From a virus: DNA of 64,000 nucleotides. The stretch lies in the IMG/VR virus record IMGVR_UViG_3300034102_002416. One strand, given 5' to 3'. Position 1 is the first letter of the stretch, and each line of letters opens with the position of its first letter. Below are positions 38,695 to 49,074 of this stretch, in pieces. The position numbers and the translations under genes are program-made. A model generated the notes under the pieces. That model searched no databases. It was not told the DNA's origin and saw nothing but the letters and a program-made list of their open reading frames with translations.

Positions 38695-39617
38695 ATTTCT
38701 CCTAATATATTTACAAACATGGACATTATGTTGATTTCTTTGTCTACAACAGATGCATCTTTGTATTGAGCTTCTGCAATAATTAAAATGCATGGAGCTA
38801 CATGTCCATGAGCGAATTCATCTAAATTGTCATATAGAAATGTGTATAGTGCCGTAAAATCTCTTACTTTGCTATCTGCAATAATTTGACGTATTTTAGT
38901 GAATGCACCTTTCTTGTCTGCAGAATTGCGTAATACATCTAATATTTCTGTCATGTAATTTGCTTGTATAGCACTTGCTTTATCTAGTTGCAATGTGTTA
39001 TTAACAACTGATGCTTGTGCTGCATTAATTGCACGACGAATATCTGGATATGATGCATTAATTATTGCAGCAACATCTTTAATATCAAACTCAATTTGCT
39101 TTTCTTCTAATACTTGCACAAGCCGCTTTGCTACATCTGTTTTATTCGGAGGAGTAATTGCAAATGTTTGACAACGAGATTGTATTGGATCAATAATCTT
39201 TTCTACATAATTACATGTAAGAATAAAACGGGTTGTTTTACTATATGTTTCCATTAAATTACGTAATGCTGCTTGAGCATTTGGTGTCAAATAATCAGCC
39301 TCATCCAATATAATGATTTTCCATCGTCGAAATCCTACTGTCGATGCATAACGTTTAATCTTATCCCGTACAGCATCTACTGAGTTTTCATCGGATGCAT
39401 TTATATACATAACATCGGCATCCACACTACCGGCAATGATTTTTGCCAACGTGGTCTTCCCAGTACCCGCGGTACCATAGAATAATAAGTGAGGAACATC
39501 ACCATTATTAATAAAGATGCGTACTTTTTCAATGATATGTTCATTACCTATATATCCTTCTAATGTGTCGGGACGAAATGATTCGACCCAAAGTGTATTT
39601 TCTTGTGTATTAAACAT
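38691..39617 (-). CDS. Clamp loader large subunit (RFC / T4 gp44-like)
   Basis: LWVESFRP, GTAGTGKTT, INASDE, LDEAD, SRC. Confidence 0.92.
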   Translation of the reverse strand: MFNTQENTLWVESFRPDTLEGYIGNEHIIEKVRIFINNGDVPHLLFYGTAGTGKTTLAKIIAGSVDADVMYINASDENSVDAVRDKIKRYASTVGFRRWKIIILDEADYLTPNAQAALRNLMETYSKTTRFILTCNYVEKIIDPIQSRCQTFAITPPNKTDVAKRLVQVLEEKQIEFDIKDVAAIINASYPDIRRAINAAQASVVNNTLQLDKASAIQANYMTEILDVLRNSADKKGAFTKIRQIIADSKVRDFTALYTFLYDNLDEFAHGHVAPCILIIAEAQYKDASVVDKEINIMSMFVNILGEI

Positions 39618-39624
39618 AATATAA

Positions 39625-40053
39625 TTATTTTCCTCCGGTAGAACCGAATCCTTTTTCTCCTCGTTTAGTTCCAGTTAATCCAGCTACCGGTAACCATTGT
39701 ATCTGTTCTACTTTGCATAAAACCATTTGTGCTATTCGGTCGCCTGGATTGAATATAATAGAGTGCGGACCATGATTAATCAAAATAACTTTTATTTCTC
39801 CCCGATAATCTGAATCAATCGTGCCCGGTGAATTTAACACAGTAATTCCATGTTTTAGTGCCAATCCACTTCTTGGTCTTATTTGCAATTCATAACCTTG
39901 CGGAACTTCTACAAATAATCCAGTTTCAACTAAACATCTGCCGCCTGAGTCAATTGCGACTTCATTAATACATCGGATATCTAAACCAGCACTACCCGGA
40001 GTTTCGTATGCAGGTAGTGCATTATTTGACTGATTTACTACAGATACTATCAT
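39625..40053 (-). CDS. dut: dUTPase
   Basis: AGLD, RPRSGLA, GTIDSDYRGE, RIAQ, RGEKGFGSTG. Confidence 0.95.
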   Translation of the reverse strand: MIVSVVNQSNNALPAYETPGSAGLDIRCINEVAIDSGGRCLVETGLFVEVPQGYELQIRPRSGLALKHGITVLNSPGTIDSDYRGEIKVILINHGPHSIIFNPGDRIAQMVLCKVEQIQWLPVAGLTGTKRGEKGFGSTGGK

Positions 40054-40055
40054 AA

Positions 40056-40766
40056 TTAATTTTGCAATTGTACTAACCAATAAGATGATTCAAAATCAGT
40101 TCCGGTAAAATCAATTCTTGCTAATCCTTCTGGTGAAATATGAAGTTTACCAGAATCACCTTTATTTGCGATAAGAATTTCTTTTAATTTATCTGCTGAA
40201 AAACAGATAGGTTCCATATTAGTAATATTAGTAGGACCAACTTCAAATGAAATGTTATCTGCATTAATAGTGGTATAGTTAATAATAAATTTTATACTAC
40301 CATTTACAACTTGTACTGCAAAATTCTTAGCATCTGGCAATGCATTTTTTGCTTTAATAAATTTACTAATAAATTCATCATCAACATCGATTGAAACCTG
40401 ATAATCTGGTTCTGCATTAATTGTTGGTACTGCTGGAATTACAGTGGTATCTGCTAACATGAAGGTTAACTTTGTGGTACCTTCTGAAATTTTCATTGCA
40501 TAGTTTTTACCTGCAGATTCTTGCACGTCAATATTAATTTTTTCTCCTACGGCACTAAGCATTTTTGTCAATGCACCGGTATGATTAATACCTAACGATC
40601 CATTCATAAATGGTGTAGTTTTCCATTGAATTTTACCTACTACGGTTTGATCTTGATCGATTAGATTACAACCTACACCGGTAGAATTTTCATTAAGAAT
40701 AACCGCTTCACAATTTCCTGCTAAATAGTAGCGATTAATAAATGATTGTAATTTACTTTTTTCCAT
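40056..40766 (-). CDS. DNA sliding clamp (gp45/PCNA-like)
   Basis: 236-aa two-domain beta/alpha protein beside the clamp loaders; C-terminal SSYWLV pattern. Confidence 0.7.
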   Translation of the reverse strand: MEKSKLQSFINRYYLAGNCEAVILNENSTGVGCNLIDQDQTVVGKIQWKTTPFMNGSLGINHTGALTKMLSAVGEKINIDVQESAGKNYAMKISEGTTKLTFMLADTTVIPAVPTINAEPDYQVSIDVDDEFISKFIKAKNALPDAKNFAVQVVNGSIKFIINYTTINADNISFEVGPTNITNMEPICFSADKLKEILIANKGDSGKLHISPEGLARIDFTGTDFESSYWLVQLQN

Positions 40767-40775
40767 GTTTACCTT

Positions 40776-42026
40776 TTAAAATTTAAAGAATTCTGCGAAC
40801 TTATTTGCATCGGTAGTTGATATAGAATCCCCTCCGAATTTTTTATATGTTTTTTTGTATTTTGCATATACATGCATTGCATTTTCTGGATCTGCAAACA
40901 TATCATGTAATGATAATATCACATTAAACAAATCCGTTGGAATAGCTGTTTCTAACAATTCAACATGACTATCAACCATTTTGTCAATATCCTTTGCAAT
41001 ATTCACATACAAATGTGTATTATGCACAACCATTCTTGGCATACCTTCTTGTGAATATCGATCCAATCCATCTGTAGTCAGCCCGCCTAAATATTCATAC
41101 GTAAAATCTTTACATGCTGGACAATCCATACTACACGGTACATGTTTTGTCTTATCGATATCTACCGAATCTTTACCTTGCTTAATATGTGTCTTTCTAC
41201 GATATTCAGCATTCTTAGGGAAATACAATTCTGTAAATGTCTGTGTCTTATAATTACCTGAGTGAAGATATGTTCCATATACTGGATACTGACCCGGTGA
41301 CGATGAATCTGTCGATAATTGCACACGACCATTAGTTAAGTCATTAAGTAACTTTTGTAATGTGGATAGAATAAAGAAATCTGATATTTTTGAAATACCT
41401 AACAAGTGAATATATTGAACATGAGGCTTTTCAAATTCTCTTTCTTGCAACATTAATGCAATAACATACATAAAATCAACTAATCGCTTTGGACCTCCAA
41501 TACACCATCCGTTAAAGTCAAAGTCTTTAAATTTATGATACCATGTGTTATATTCTTCGTTATATGTACCCTGAATTACATTTAAGAATTTTGTCTTGCC
41601 TGATTGATGTTTTTCAAACCATTTAAAGTTATCAAAAGAAATATCCATCGAATCTTGAAAACGATTTTCAAATGTAACTCGAGGTGGAATATCTAAGTTA
41701 GCTGCTACATCGCTGTTAGCTTCTAACCAATGAAATATTTTTTCTCGAAGTGTGCTATCCCATTTCAATGCACCAGTAGCAATCTGGAATCCTCCTGAAT
41801 CTCCAAATACTAATACATCATCATCTAGACCAATCTGTTGACGAAAATCCATTTTCTTGTAATGGTGACCTGCTGTAATCAAAAAATATGGATGCCTCCA
41901 TTCTTCTGGATAATCTTTCCCGAAAAATCGCATAGTGGTACCATCTTCAAACTTAGCATCCTTTTTGAATGCTGATACCATTGATCCTGCTGATAATGAA
42001 GGATAGTAAATAAACTTTTTACTCAT
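40776..42026 (-). CDS. dpdA: TGT-family base-exchange transglycosylase, probable DNA 7-deazaguanine insertase (DpdA-like)
   Basis: FGDSGGFQ, LDIPP, VIQG, HLLG, TDSSS, C..C..C...H zinc site; FolE, QueD and QueE nearby. Confidence 0.75.
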   Translation of the reverse strand: MSKKFIYYPSLSAGSMVSAFKKDAKFEDGTTMRFFGKDYPEEWRHPYFLITAGHHYKKMDFRQQIGLDDDVLVFGDSGGFQIATGALKWDSTLREKIFHWLEANSDVAANLDIPPRVTFENRFQDSMDISFDNFKWFEKHQSGKTKFLNVIQGTYNEEYNTWYHKFKDFDFNGWCIGGPKRLVDFMYVIALMLQEREFEKPHVQYIHLLGISKISDFFILSTLQKLLNDLTNGRVQLSTDSSSPGQYPVYGTYLHSGNYKTQTFTELYFPKNAEYRRKTHIKQGKDSVDIDKTKHVPCSMDCPACKDFTYEYLGGLTTDGLDRYSQEGMPRMVVHNTHLYVNIAKDIDKMVDSHVELLETAIPTDLFNVILSLHDMFADPENAMHVYAKYKKTYKKFGGDSISTTDANKFAEFFKF

Positions 42027-43186
42027 TATTTTCCTTGTATTAAATGTTTACAATATGCTGTTTCATGCCATATATTATGTTCTTGAGTTATATCATTAAC
42101 CATAATATAAGCTTCTAACTGCCGACCTAAGTCAGAAATATCAACTATATTGTAATGTGTTCTTTGTGTTTCAATTGTATGCTGTAATAATCGTAATGCA
42201 CTCGTAACATCAAATGCTTTGTATAAACGATCATAATCTATAAATTCAGGGAAAGATCTGAAATTAGGATATACAATATCAGCACCAAATGCCGTTGCTT
42301 CAATAACTGTCCAAGACACGTAATCTTGTAATGCTGAATTGAACTGAATTTTACATGTAGCTAATTCAGTGTAATATTCTTCTTTTGACAATCCACTTAA
42401 CAATTTAAAACGAGGTTGACGTTTAGCTAATGCTTTCATTGCATCAATTACATCAGGAAGCATCGATCTAAATTCTTTACCAGATGTAGTTACATGCCAT
42501 TCCCATATAGTATGTTGTTCTAAAAACTGTTCTGCAACATCTAACATGAAAAACGGATTCTTTTCTTTGTCTAAACGAGATGAATATACTACTACATTTT
42601 TCTTTCGTTCAGATATATTTGGTAATTTTGCTAATGTAGCTTGTTTATGAATTGGTAATGAAACTACATGAATTGGTGCAGTGAATCCAGCTGCTCGAAG
42701 TTGTTCTCTATGAATAGTGCTACCGACAAAGATGCCAGACATTCGTTTATCTAATCCTAATTCATAATTACGCATCCACTTTGCCATTGGATATGTAAAA
42801 TCATATTCATCAACAGATTGTGCATGAAGCATTGCATACACTTTAACTTCAATGCCATATAAATCCAATGCATACCAAATTGCATCTAAACCAGGAGTCC
42901 AATAATCTTGCAAAAAGATAATATCTCCAGATTTAACTTCATCATTATAAATTCGTTGAAGAAAATTTTGACATTGTGTCAAACTAAATTTACCTCTACC
43001 AATAGCATCTAATACTGCACCAACTTTAATTTGCTGATCAGGATCAAATTCGCCTTCAATATCTATAAAGTTTAATTTTCCAGCTTTTACATATGGTTCG
43101 AATGTGGCTGGCATCCATTCTTTTGAAAGCTGATATGTGTATCGAGCTTTAAGTGGTTCTAAACCGAAATAAAATAAATTCCTCAT
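42026..43186 (-). CDS. GT-B (family 4-like) glycosyltransferase linked to dpdA
   Basis: SSRLDKEKNP, LSKEEYY, QDYVSWTVIEA; stop overlaps the dpdA start. Confidence 0.75.
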   Translation of the reverse strand: MRNLFYFGLEPLKARYTYQLSKEWMPATFEPYVKAGKLNFIDIEGEFDPDQQIKVGAVLDAIGRGKFSLTQCQNFLQRIYNDEVKSGDIIFLQDYWTPGLDAIWYALDLYGIEVKVYAMLHAQSVDEYDFTYPMAKWMRNYELGLDKRMSGIFVGSTIHREQLRAAGFTAPIHVVSLPIHKQATLAKLPNISERKKNVVVYSSRLDKEKNPFFMLDVAEQFLEQHTIWEWHVTTSGKEFRSMLPDVIDAMKALAKRQPRFKLLSGLSKEEYYTELATCKIQFNSALQDYVSWTVIEATAFGADIVYPNFRSFPEFIDYDRLYKAFDVTSALRLLQHTIETQRTHYNIVDISDLGRQLEAYIMVNDITQEHNIWHETAYCKHLIQGK

Positions 43187-43224
43187 TATAACTTATAATA
43201 ATAAATTTTTTAAAACTATCCAAG

Positions 43225-43578
43225 TTAATCACGCTCAATTATAGCGCCGTTTTCCCAATCTTCCCAAACTTCTACTTTGTATAGTTCTGGAAATTGATCT
43301 AATAACCATTCGCCAATTGCTTCACATGACATTGGTCCGAATTCTAACACATTGGCAAAGCCTTTTTCGAAGCTCAATTGTAATGTTCTTTTTATTTCAC
43401 GATTCAATAAAATAAATTCTTTGTCGCGATCTGTATGTGTTACTGTTGCATAACAACGAAACCCGAACATATGACGATGTCTATCTGATAAAAATGCTAC
43501 TGGTGGAAATATGTCTTTTGCTGCAGGCCAACAATGAAACCCTTCCATACTAAATGTTACTACTACGCTGTACTTCAT
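43225..43578 (-). CDS. QueD-paralog T-fold protein, DpdL-like (7-carboxy-7-deazaguanine decarboxylase candidate)
   Basis: EGFHCWP, LSDRHRHMF (LxxxHRHxF), SCEAI, VEVWEDWENGA. Confidence 0.6.
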   Translation of the reverse strand: MKYSVVVTFSMEGFHCWPAAKDIFPPVAFLSDRHRHMFGFRCYATVTHTDRDKEFILLNREIKRTLQLSFEKGFANVLEFGPMSCEAIGEWLLDQFPELYKVEVWEDWENGAIIERD

Positions 43579-43966
43579 CTGCTATTTGTTTTTTAAATTT
43601 AGTGGTTGACCATCCATGGTCTCTGTTTATGTAATGAATATCGATACCTAATTCCTTACCAGTAAAATCTTTTCCAATATAATCATCGCCTAAAAACCGT
43701 ACATCTGGATCGATTCCTTTAAGGAATTCATATAGTATTTCTTCGGTAGAATATGCTATAACTTCATCAATCATTTCTAATGAATACAACATTTCTTTTC
43801 GGTCATCTAAAGATAATATTGGTTTCATTTTCTCTGGGCGTTCTAAACTAGGATCTTCATGTAATAATACTATTAACCAAGTACAATGTTTTTTACATTC
43901 TTTAAACATTTTAATGTAACCTGGATGCATTACATCAAAATTACCTGCTATAACTCCTAATTTCAT
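43550..43966 (-). CDS. Cytidylyltransferase (TagD/RfaE-like, HxGH family)
   Basis: AGNFDVMHPGY, GDDY, STT. Confidence 0.85.
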   Translation of the reverse strand: MKLGVIAGNFDVMHPGYIKMFKECKKHCTWLIVLLHEDPSLERPEKMKPILSLDDRKEMLYSLEMIDEVIAYSTEEILYEFLKGIDPDVRFLGDDYIGKDFTGKELGIDIHYINRDHGWSTTKFKKQIADEVQRSSNI

Positions 43967-44400
43967 AGTTCTTCATCAAATTTATAGTTATCAGGCTGAA
44001 TTTCCATCATATTGCACTTAGTAATCTGGTGCACACGATACCAACCAGCATCAATACTCAATGTATCGGTGTCTTTTAGCAGTTGTACTGCATCATCTTG
44101 TATACGATAAATAATGTGGCATCGATTAACAAGATCCACAGGAATGTTCTTTAAAGTGTCTTTAGCAGCTTCAATGGTTATAGCACAATTAGTTGTATCT
44201 AAAATATGCCGGATAATTGAAAGATATTGTGCATTATCTTCAATTTGTCGCATATATTCTATAGTAAAATAATAATGTGGATATTCTGTATATGATTTTA
44301 CTTCTAGTTTATTGTTAACTAACTCTCTAACAAAGAATGTCATAATATCCGAATACCGACCTTCTACTTCGCGGCCGCGCCATTGCTTTTTTCCGTACAT
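43963..44400 (-). CDS. Hypothetical protein
   Basis: 145-aa ORF heading the dpd-associated operon; early-type promoter upstream. Confidence 0.65.
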   Translation of the reverse strand: MYGKKQWRGREVEGRYSDIMTFFVRELVNNKLEVKSYTEYPHYYFTIEYMRQIEDNAQYLSIIRHILDTTNCAITIEAAKDTLKNIPVDLVNRCHIIYRIQDDAVQLLKDTDTLSIDAGWYRVHQITKCNMMEIQPDNYKFDEEL

Positions 44401-44453
44401 ATTTTTCTTTTATTATATGTAATAATATTAAAATAACCAAATGTTTTAACAGT

Positions 44454-44481
44454 AAAAAAGTGCAACGTTTAAATTGCACTT
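44454..44481 (-). terminator. Rho-independent terminator
   Basis: AAGTGCAA/TTGCACTT stem plus T-tract; shares CAGTAAAAAAGTGCA with the 36965 terminator. Confidence 0.7.
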
Positions 44482-44493
44482 AAAATATTTAGT

Positions 44494-44880
44494 TTAACTT
44501 AACGGAGTAGAATCGTCTTCATTTTCTGGATCTACATACAATCCTAATTGTCGACCTAATGCTTTCATAATTTCAATTCCAGTTGCATCATCTATAGTAG
44601 AATCTATCGATTTCATATATTTAAGAATTTCATCTGGATCTGTATCTTTTATAATCATGCTTTGTATGTTTAATACCATACGAGCTTGTTCTCGCTCTTT
44701 TGCACTTTTTCCAGAAAATACTTTTGCATATGTTGCAACTGCAGCTGCCAAAAGTCCTCCAGCTCCTATTGCCATTTTAGAAGCTGGAAATAAAATCCCA
44801 GGATGTTCTTCATTTAAATTTTTAGTTTTAAACCGACGCATATTTTCTGCTAGCAAATCTGTTAGTTTAATATTTGACAT
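44494..44880 (-). CDS. Leader-cassette protein (ENMRRF family) with hydrophobic helix
   Basis: MSNIKLTDLLAENMRRFKTKNLNE; late motif at 44906-44913. Confidence 0.75.
   Translation of the reverse strand: MSNIKLTDLLAENMRRFKTKNLNEEHPGILFPASKMAIGAGGLLAAAVATYAKVFSGKSAKEREQARMVLNIQSMIIKDTDPDEILKYMKSIDSTIDDATGIEIMKALGRQLGLYVDPENEDDSTPLS
44834..44853. repeat. 20-bp dispersed repeat, copy 2
   Basis: CGACGCATATTTTCTGCTAG. Confidence 0.9.
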
Positions 44881-44928
44881 TAGTATCCTTTAACATAATT
44901 TTAATATAAATATATGCAAAAAAAAAAA

Positions 44929-47439
44929 TCATTTACCAAAGCTAAAAAACTTTGCCGCATTATTATTTTCTGGCAATACGCCCCACGTCATTGCTGCATA
45001 GAAATCATCTAGTTTGCCTTTTAATTCGCGTTCAAACTGCTTGTTACGATCAATGTACATTGCAACAAAATCTACAATCTCCGTAGGATCCTGGTAACCT
45101 TTAAGTGCCATGGTATCAAATCCATATGGATTATTTCGAAGATATGCCCATTTCACTTTATCACCATCTTTGATAGAAACTACATCAGTTGTTAATGTTG
45201 TTAACATGTCATTGTAATTAATTGCTGATTTAACATGAGCTGGCGAACCAGATAAATATCCACTAAAAGGTTTACGTTTCTTAGTATATTTAGATATTTC
45301 TTTAACACCTGAATTCTTCATTACACTTGTTAATTCTGCATTATTCAATGAATCTTTGAATTTTAAAATCATTTCAGATGTAGCTTGTTTGCTGTTTTGT
45401 TTCAAAATATACCATAATGTTTCTTTCATTATAGTTTTAAACTCATCTGGGAATGATGATCTAACTACATCTAATCCTTTAATATCCATTTTGTTAGTAG
45501 GTTTACCTTCTTTAAAGATAACCCACTGTGCATATCTTTTCTTAGCAATCCATAAACCAGATTTTGCAACATATTCTTGTTTAATTGTGAACCGATGCGA
45601 ATCTGTATTTAAAAATACTTTTGCATACTGGTTGTACATTGTGTTTACTTTAAGTTGTACTTCAGATGCAATTTCATTGGTTTTTTCAATCATGAATTGT
45701 TCGTCTGTTTCATCGAATCCAGGATAACGATGCTGTATGAGCGGTAAACTAGAAACAAATGTTGAATCTGTGTCAGTATAAAATGCAAACTCAGCTTGTT
45801 GACCGGATGCATTAATAAAGTTTGAATGTCCAATTTCTTTTTGGTAATGATTATTAATAACTTTTGCTGAAAATTTAATAATACTTTGTCCAGTTGCTGT
45901 AATAGCACCAGCATTATCTAAATCGTGGAATCGAAACGTTTTAAGTCCTAATACTCCATAAAATGAATTAAGCAATACTTTTTGTGTTAACTGCATTGCA
46001 TCATAAAACTTATAATCATCACTACCTACTTCATATTCATCACGCTTATCTTTAAATTCTACCCGCTCATCAAACCATTTTGCTAGAATTGTTGGTAAAA
46101 ATCCTTTTATATCGGTTCGATACACCGTTCCATTGCTAGCAACTGTATATTTATTATCGGTTAACCATTGTTTAACATCTGTAATCGTTTTGTTTCCAAT
46201 TTGTACCGATACCGGATCAGTTTTTAATAAACATGTTTCATCCCAATTAGCAATAACTCCGATCTTTGTTTCTGGAGATATGTTTAAACTCATAATGATA
46301 CTCGGATACAGAGATGTTAAATCCAAGTCATATATCCATTTATACAATCCAGGCACCGGTGCCATTACATATGCACCTGCCAACACATCAGCTGCAGTTT
46401 CTTCTTCAATAAAACGGAATTGTTTATTTGGAGCTACATATCCATTACGTTTTAAATCTACTATAGCAGCACCATCTAGATATTTAGATGCATAATAAAC
46501 ATCTTCATATGGTACATGTCCTTTATGACATATAGTCCGTGCTAAGTTTATGAACTGTAACTTTTCATCTAATTCATAAACCAAATCGGTATCTGTCATG
46601 TTGTAAAAAGCAAACTTGTGAATATCTTGTGTAAAAAGAACATCTAAATCACCTTCATATTCAACTTTACCTCGACCCAATTCTAGTTTTGCAACAGTAT
46701 CTAATCGATAATTTGGTAATTCGCTGTATGTAAAGTTTTTATATAGTTTCAAATAATCTAAACTAGAAACACCAAATATTTTCCATTTTTCCTTTTTTGG
46801 ATTATAATCTACAATTCCAGCCGGACTTAATTTTTTGATGGCATTTACACCTAATACCTTTTTAGCACGACCCAATAAATATGGAATATCATATCCATCA
46901 GTGTTCCATCCTGTAATTACAGTTGGTTGTACAGCCGCAAATATGTTTATAAATCTGGTTAAAAGATCTCTTTCGTCTCGAAATATTTCTAAAACATAAC
47001 CATCGCCTTGTATTTCACGTTCTTTTATGCGATTCAGTTCGTCTAATATAAGTACTCGTCTATCATTACCAATTTTATCATAATATGCAATTGATGTTAT
47101 AGCCGTGCGCGTATCATGTATAGTACTATATCCATTTTCATCTTTTGCTGTTTCAATATCAAAGAAAAAATCGCGATGTCCTTTTGATACTAAATCTGAT
47201 TCATAGTATAAATCTATCAGGGTTCGGACTTCTTCATTTAGATCAGATTCGTATGAAGCAGGATTATCTTTATGATTTCCTGGTATCTGTTTTAATGTAG
47301 TGCCGTCTAATGATACATATGTTCCTGCAGAGTCTGGTAAATATGCATATGGTTTAAATGGAAATTTTTGATGTCCTAATTCATCATCCCACACGTGCAT
47401 AGTACCGGATTTTCTGTCATATGAAATATTTTGATACAT
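44929..47439 (-). CDS. Family B DNA polymerase
   Basis: Exo FDIET, GWN...YDIPY, YNMTD; Pol DLTSLYPS, KVLLNSFYG, YTDTDS, KKRY. Confidence 0.97.
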   Translation of the reverse strand: MYQNISYDRKSGTMHVWDDELGHQKFPFKPYAYLPDSAGTYVSLDGTTLKQIPGNHKDNPASYESDLNEEVRTLIDLYYESDLVSKGHRDFFFDIETAKDENGYSTIHDTRTAITSIAYYDKIGNDRRVLILDELNRIKEREIQGDGYVLEIFRDERDLLTRFINIFAAVQPTVITGWNTDGYDIPYLLGRAKKVLGVNAIKKLSPAGIVDYNPKKEKWKIFGVSSLDYLKLYKNFTYSELPNYRLDTVAKLELGRGKVEYEGDLDVLFTQDIHKFAFYNMTDTDLVYELDEKLQFINLARTICHKGHVPYEDVYYASKYLDGAAIVDLKRNGYVAPNKQFRFIEEETAADVLAGAYVMAPVPGLYKWIYDLDLTSLYPSIIMSLNISPETKIGVIANWDETCLLKTDPVSVQIGNKTITDVKQWLTDNKYTVASNGTVYRTDIKGFLPTILAKWFDERVEFKDKRDEYEVGSDDYKFYDAMQLTQKVLLNSFYGVLGLKTFRFHDLDNAGAITATGQSIIKFSAKVINNHYQKEIGHSNFINASGQQAEFAFYTDTDSTFVSSLPLIQHRYPGFDETDEQFMIEKTNEIASEVQLKVNTMYNQYAKVFLNTDSHRFTIKQEYVAKSGLWIAKKRYAQWVIFKEGKPTNKMDIKGLDVVRSSFPDEFKTIMKETLWYILKQNSKQATSEMILKFKDSLNNAELTSVMKNSGVKEISKYTKKRKPFSGYLSGSPAHVKSAINYNDMLTTLTTDVVSIKDGDKVKWAYLRNNPYGFDTMALKGYQDPTEIVDFVAMYIDRNKQFERELKGKLDDFYAAMTWGVLPENNNAAKFFSFGK

Positions 47440-47673
47440 TTACTTTGTAATTTCTTTATTGTGTAATATACGAATAATTCCGTATAAATTAATTGATATG
47501 ATGACAAAACTTAATACTAGGTGACTTATATTGTTTATATATAAATCATATGATACCCAACCAATATCACCAATTATCCAAGCAATCATCGCAAACATTG
47601 GATAGCCTTTGGCATTGGAAATGTATCCTAACAAAACCAATGCCGTGCTTACCCATCCTATGAATTCAATCAT
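47440..47673 (-). CDS. Small three-TM membrane protein
   Basis: 77 aa, hydrophobic, IGW...GY pattern. Confidence 0.6.
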   Translation of the reverse strand: MIEFIGWVSTALVLLGYISNAKGYPMFAMIAWIIGDIGWVSYDLYINNISHLVLSFVIISINLYGIIRILHNKEITK

Positions 47674-47969
47674 ACATTGGTATTTATCATAGCAATTTCT
47701 GATTCACGAATAAGTACATATTCATCGCCATCAATTGTAACTTTTTTCTGGGATCCGATATTCCCATTGTAAATTTTAACTTGCATGCCGGGTTTTGTTG
47801 TCATTGGAATTCGATCACCAGTATGCGTAAACAAACCATCGCCAATTGCAATGACATCACACGTTACATAATCATCCATACCAGCCATAACAATAATACC
47901 ACTCGCTGTTTTTTCTTGTTTTTCTTGCTGTTTAACAAGAACTTGATCTCCAATTGGTTTCCAATTCAT
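47670..47969 (-). CDS. groES: Co-chaperonin GroES
   Basis: KPIGDQVLV...EKTASGII...VIAIGDG...IRESEI. Confidence 0.9.
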   Translation of the reverse strand: MNWKPIGDQVLVKQQEKQEKTASGIIVMAGMDDYVTCDVIAIGDGLFTHTGDRIPMTTKPGMQVKIYNGNIGSQKKVTIDGDEYVLIRESEIAMINTNV

Positions 47970-47984
47970 AACTTATTCCTTTTT

Positions 47985-48233
47985 TTATTTATTATATAAA
48001 TTTATTACTGCATCTTTTGTTATAGCAGTTCCTAGTATTCGTCCTACTTCTATTCCATTTTTAATTATCAGCAATGTAGGCACAGTTCGTACGTTGTATT
48101 TACTGCATGTATCTGGGCTTGCATCTGCGTCAATAAATGTAATTGTCATTTGAGATTGTAATTGTTGAATTTGTGGTTTAATCATTTTGCATGGTCCACA
48201 CCATTCTGCTGAAAAATAAAGTACTTGTTTCAT
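47985..48233 (-). CDS. Thioredoxin
   Basis: WCGPC active site, cis-Pro VPT. Confidence 0.92.
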   Translation of the reverse strand: MKQVLYFSAEWCGPCKMIKPQIQQLQSQMTITFIDADASPDTCSKYNVRTVPTLLIIKNGIEVGRILGTAITKDAVINLYNK

Positions 48234-48290
48234 TTCTTTATAATATAATTAATTTCATAATTTCCAAATGTCGTTGTCGTTGTCCACATA

Positions 48291-49067
48291 TCAAACTCCC
48301 CTTTTAGTATCATATGCCACGATATGGTCTCTTCCTGTCATGTTATAACCATGGTTAGCACACATTTCAAATACCAACGGATACATTTTAATCAATTCGT
48401 CTCTAGTATCACCAGCAGGCATTATGTACGTTTTATCCTTTGGAATATTATGTTGAATCCTAAACAATTCAATTTCTTGTAGATTCTCTTCAGTACCATC
48501 CCAGACTGGTTTATAGTGATAATCTGCGTGATATGCAATCATTTTATCTATCGCTTCGCTATTGAGACGGAATTTATTATGTTGCTTAACCATCTTTTCA
48601 TCCGTAATCGTCCCTTGCGGTGTAGCAACGCCCACAACGGGTACGCTATTGGCAAACTTAGGACTAATAGAAAGGAGGCCAATAGGGTAATCAGTTTCAA
48701 TATAATGAGAACCTTCAGTTTCAATAGTAATAAGAATATCTCTTTCATGTGCAAAATGTGTCAATTCATTAACTAGTGCTGGATGCATTGTCGGGGATCC
48801 TCCAGTTAACATCATTTCTTTAATATGTGGATTTTCGTCGTAAATTTTAATAATATCATTGAATGTAAAAGTACCTTTTTCTGGATGAATTGAACTGTAC
48901 CAGCTATCGCACCAGCCACCTTCACCAAAATAGCATCGATGAGTGCATCCGGTAGTGCGTACTGCGATTGTTGGTCTACCAAATCGGCTTCCTTCTGATT
49001 GCACACAACGATATAATTCTATGATTGGCAATGTTTTATTGTAGTCTGTTATTCTTCCTGGCTTCAT
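48291..49067 (-). CDS. queE: 7-carboxy-7-deazaguanine synthase (radical SAM)
   Basis: VQSEG, RTTGCTHRC...WCDS, LTGG, IETEG, SISPK. Confidence 0.85.
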   Translation of the reverse strand: MKPGRITDYNKTLPIIELYRCVQSEGSRFGRPTIAVRTTGCTHRCYFGEGGWCDSWYSSIHPEKGTFTFNDIIKIYDENPHIKEMMLTGGSPTMHPALVNELTHFAHERDILITIETEGSHYIETDYPIGLLSISPKFANSVPVVGVATPQGTITDEKMVKQHNKFRLNSEAIDKMIAYHADYHYKPVWDGTEENLQEIELFRIQHNIPKDKTYIMPAGDTRDELIKMYPLVFEMCANHGYNMTGRDHIVAYDTKRGV

Positions 49068-49074
49068 AAATTCC

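Noticed and set aside
40776-42026. Canonical tRNA-guanine transglycosylase for queuosine
   Set aside because: It is divergent from bacterial Tgt, sits in the replisome cluster, and queA/queF/queG are absent from the window. A DNA target is more likely but unproven.
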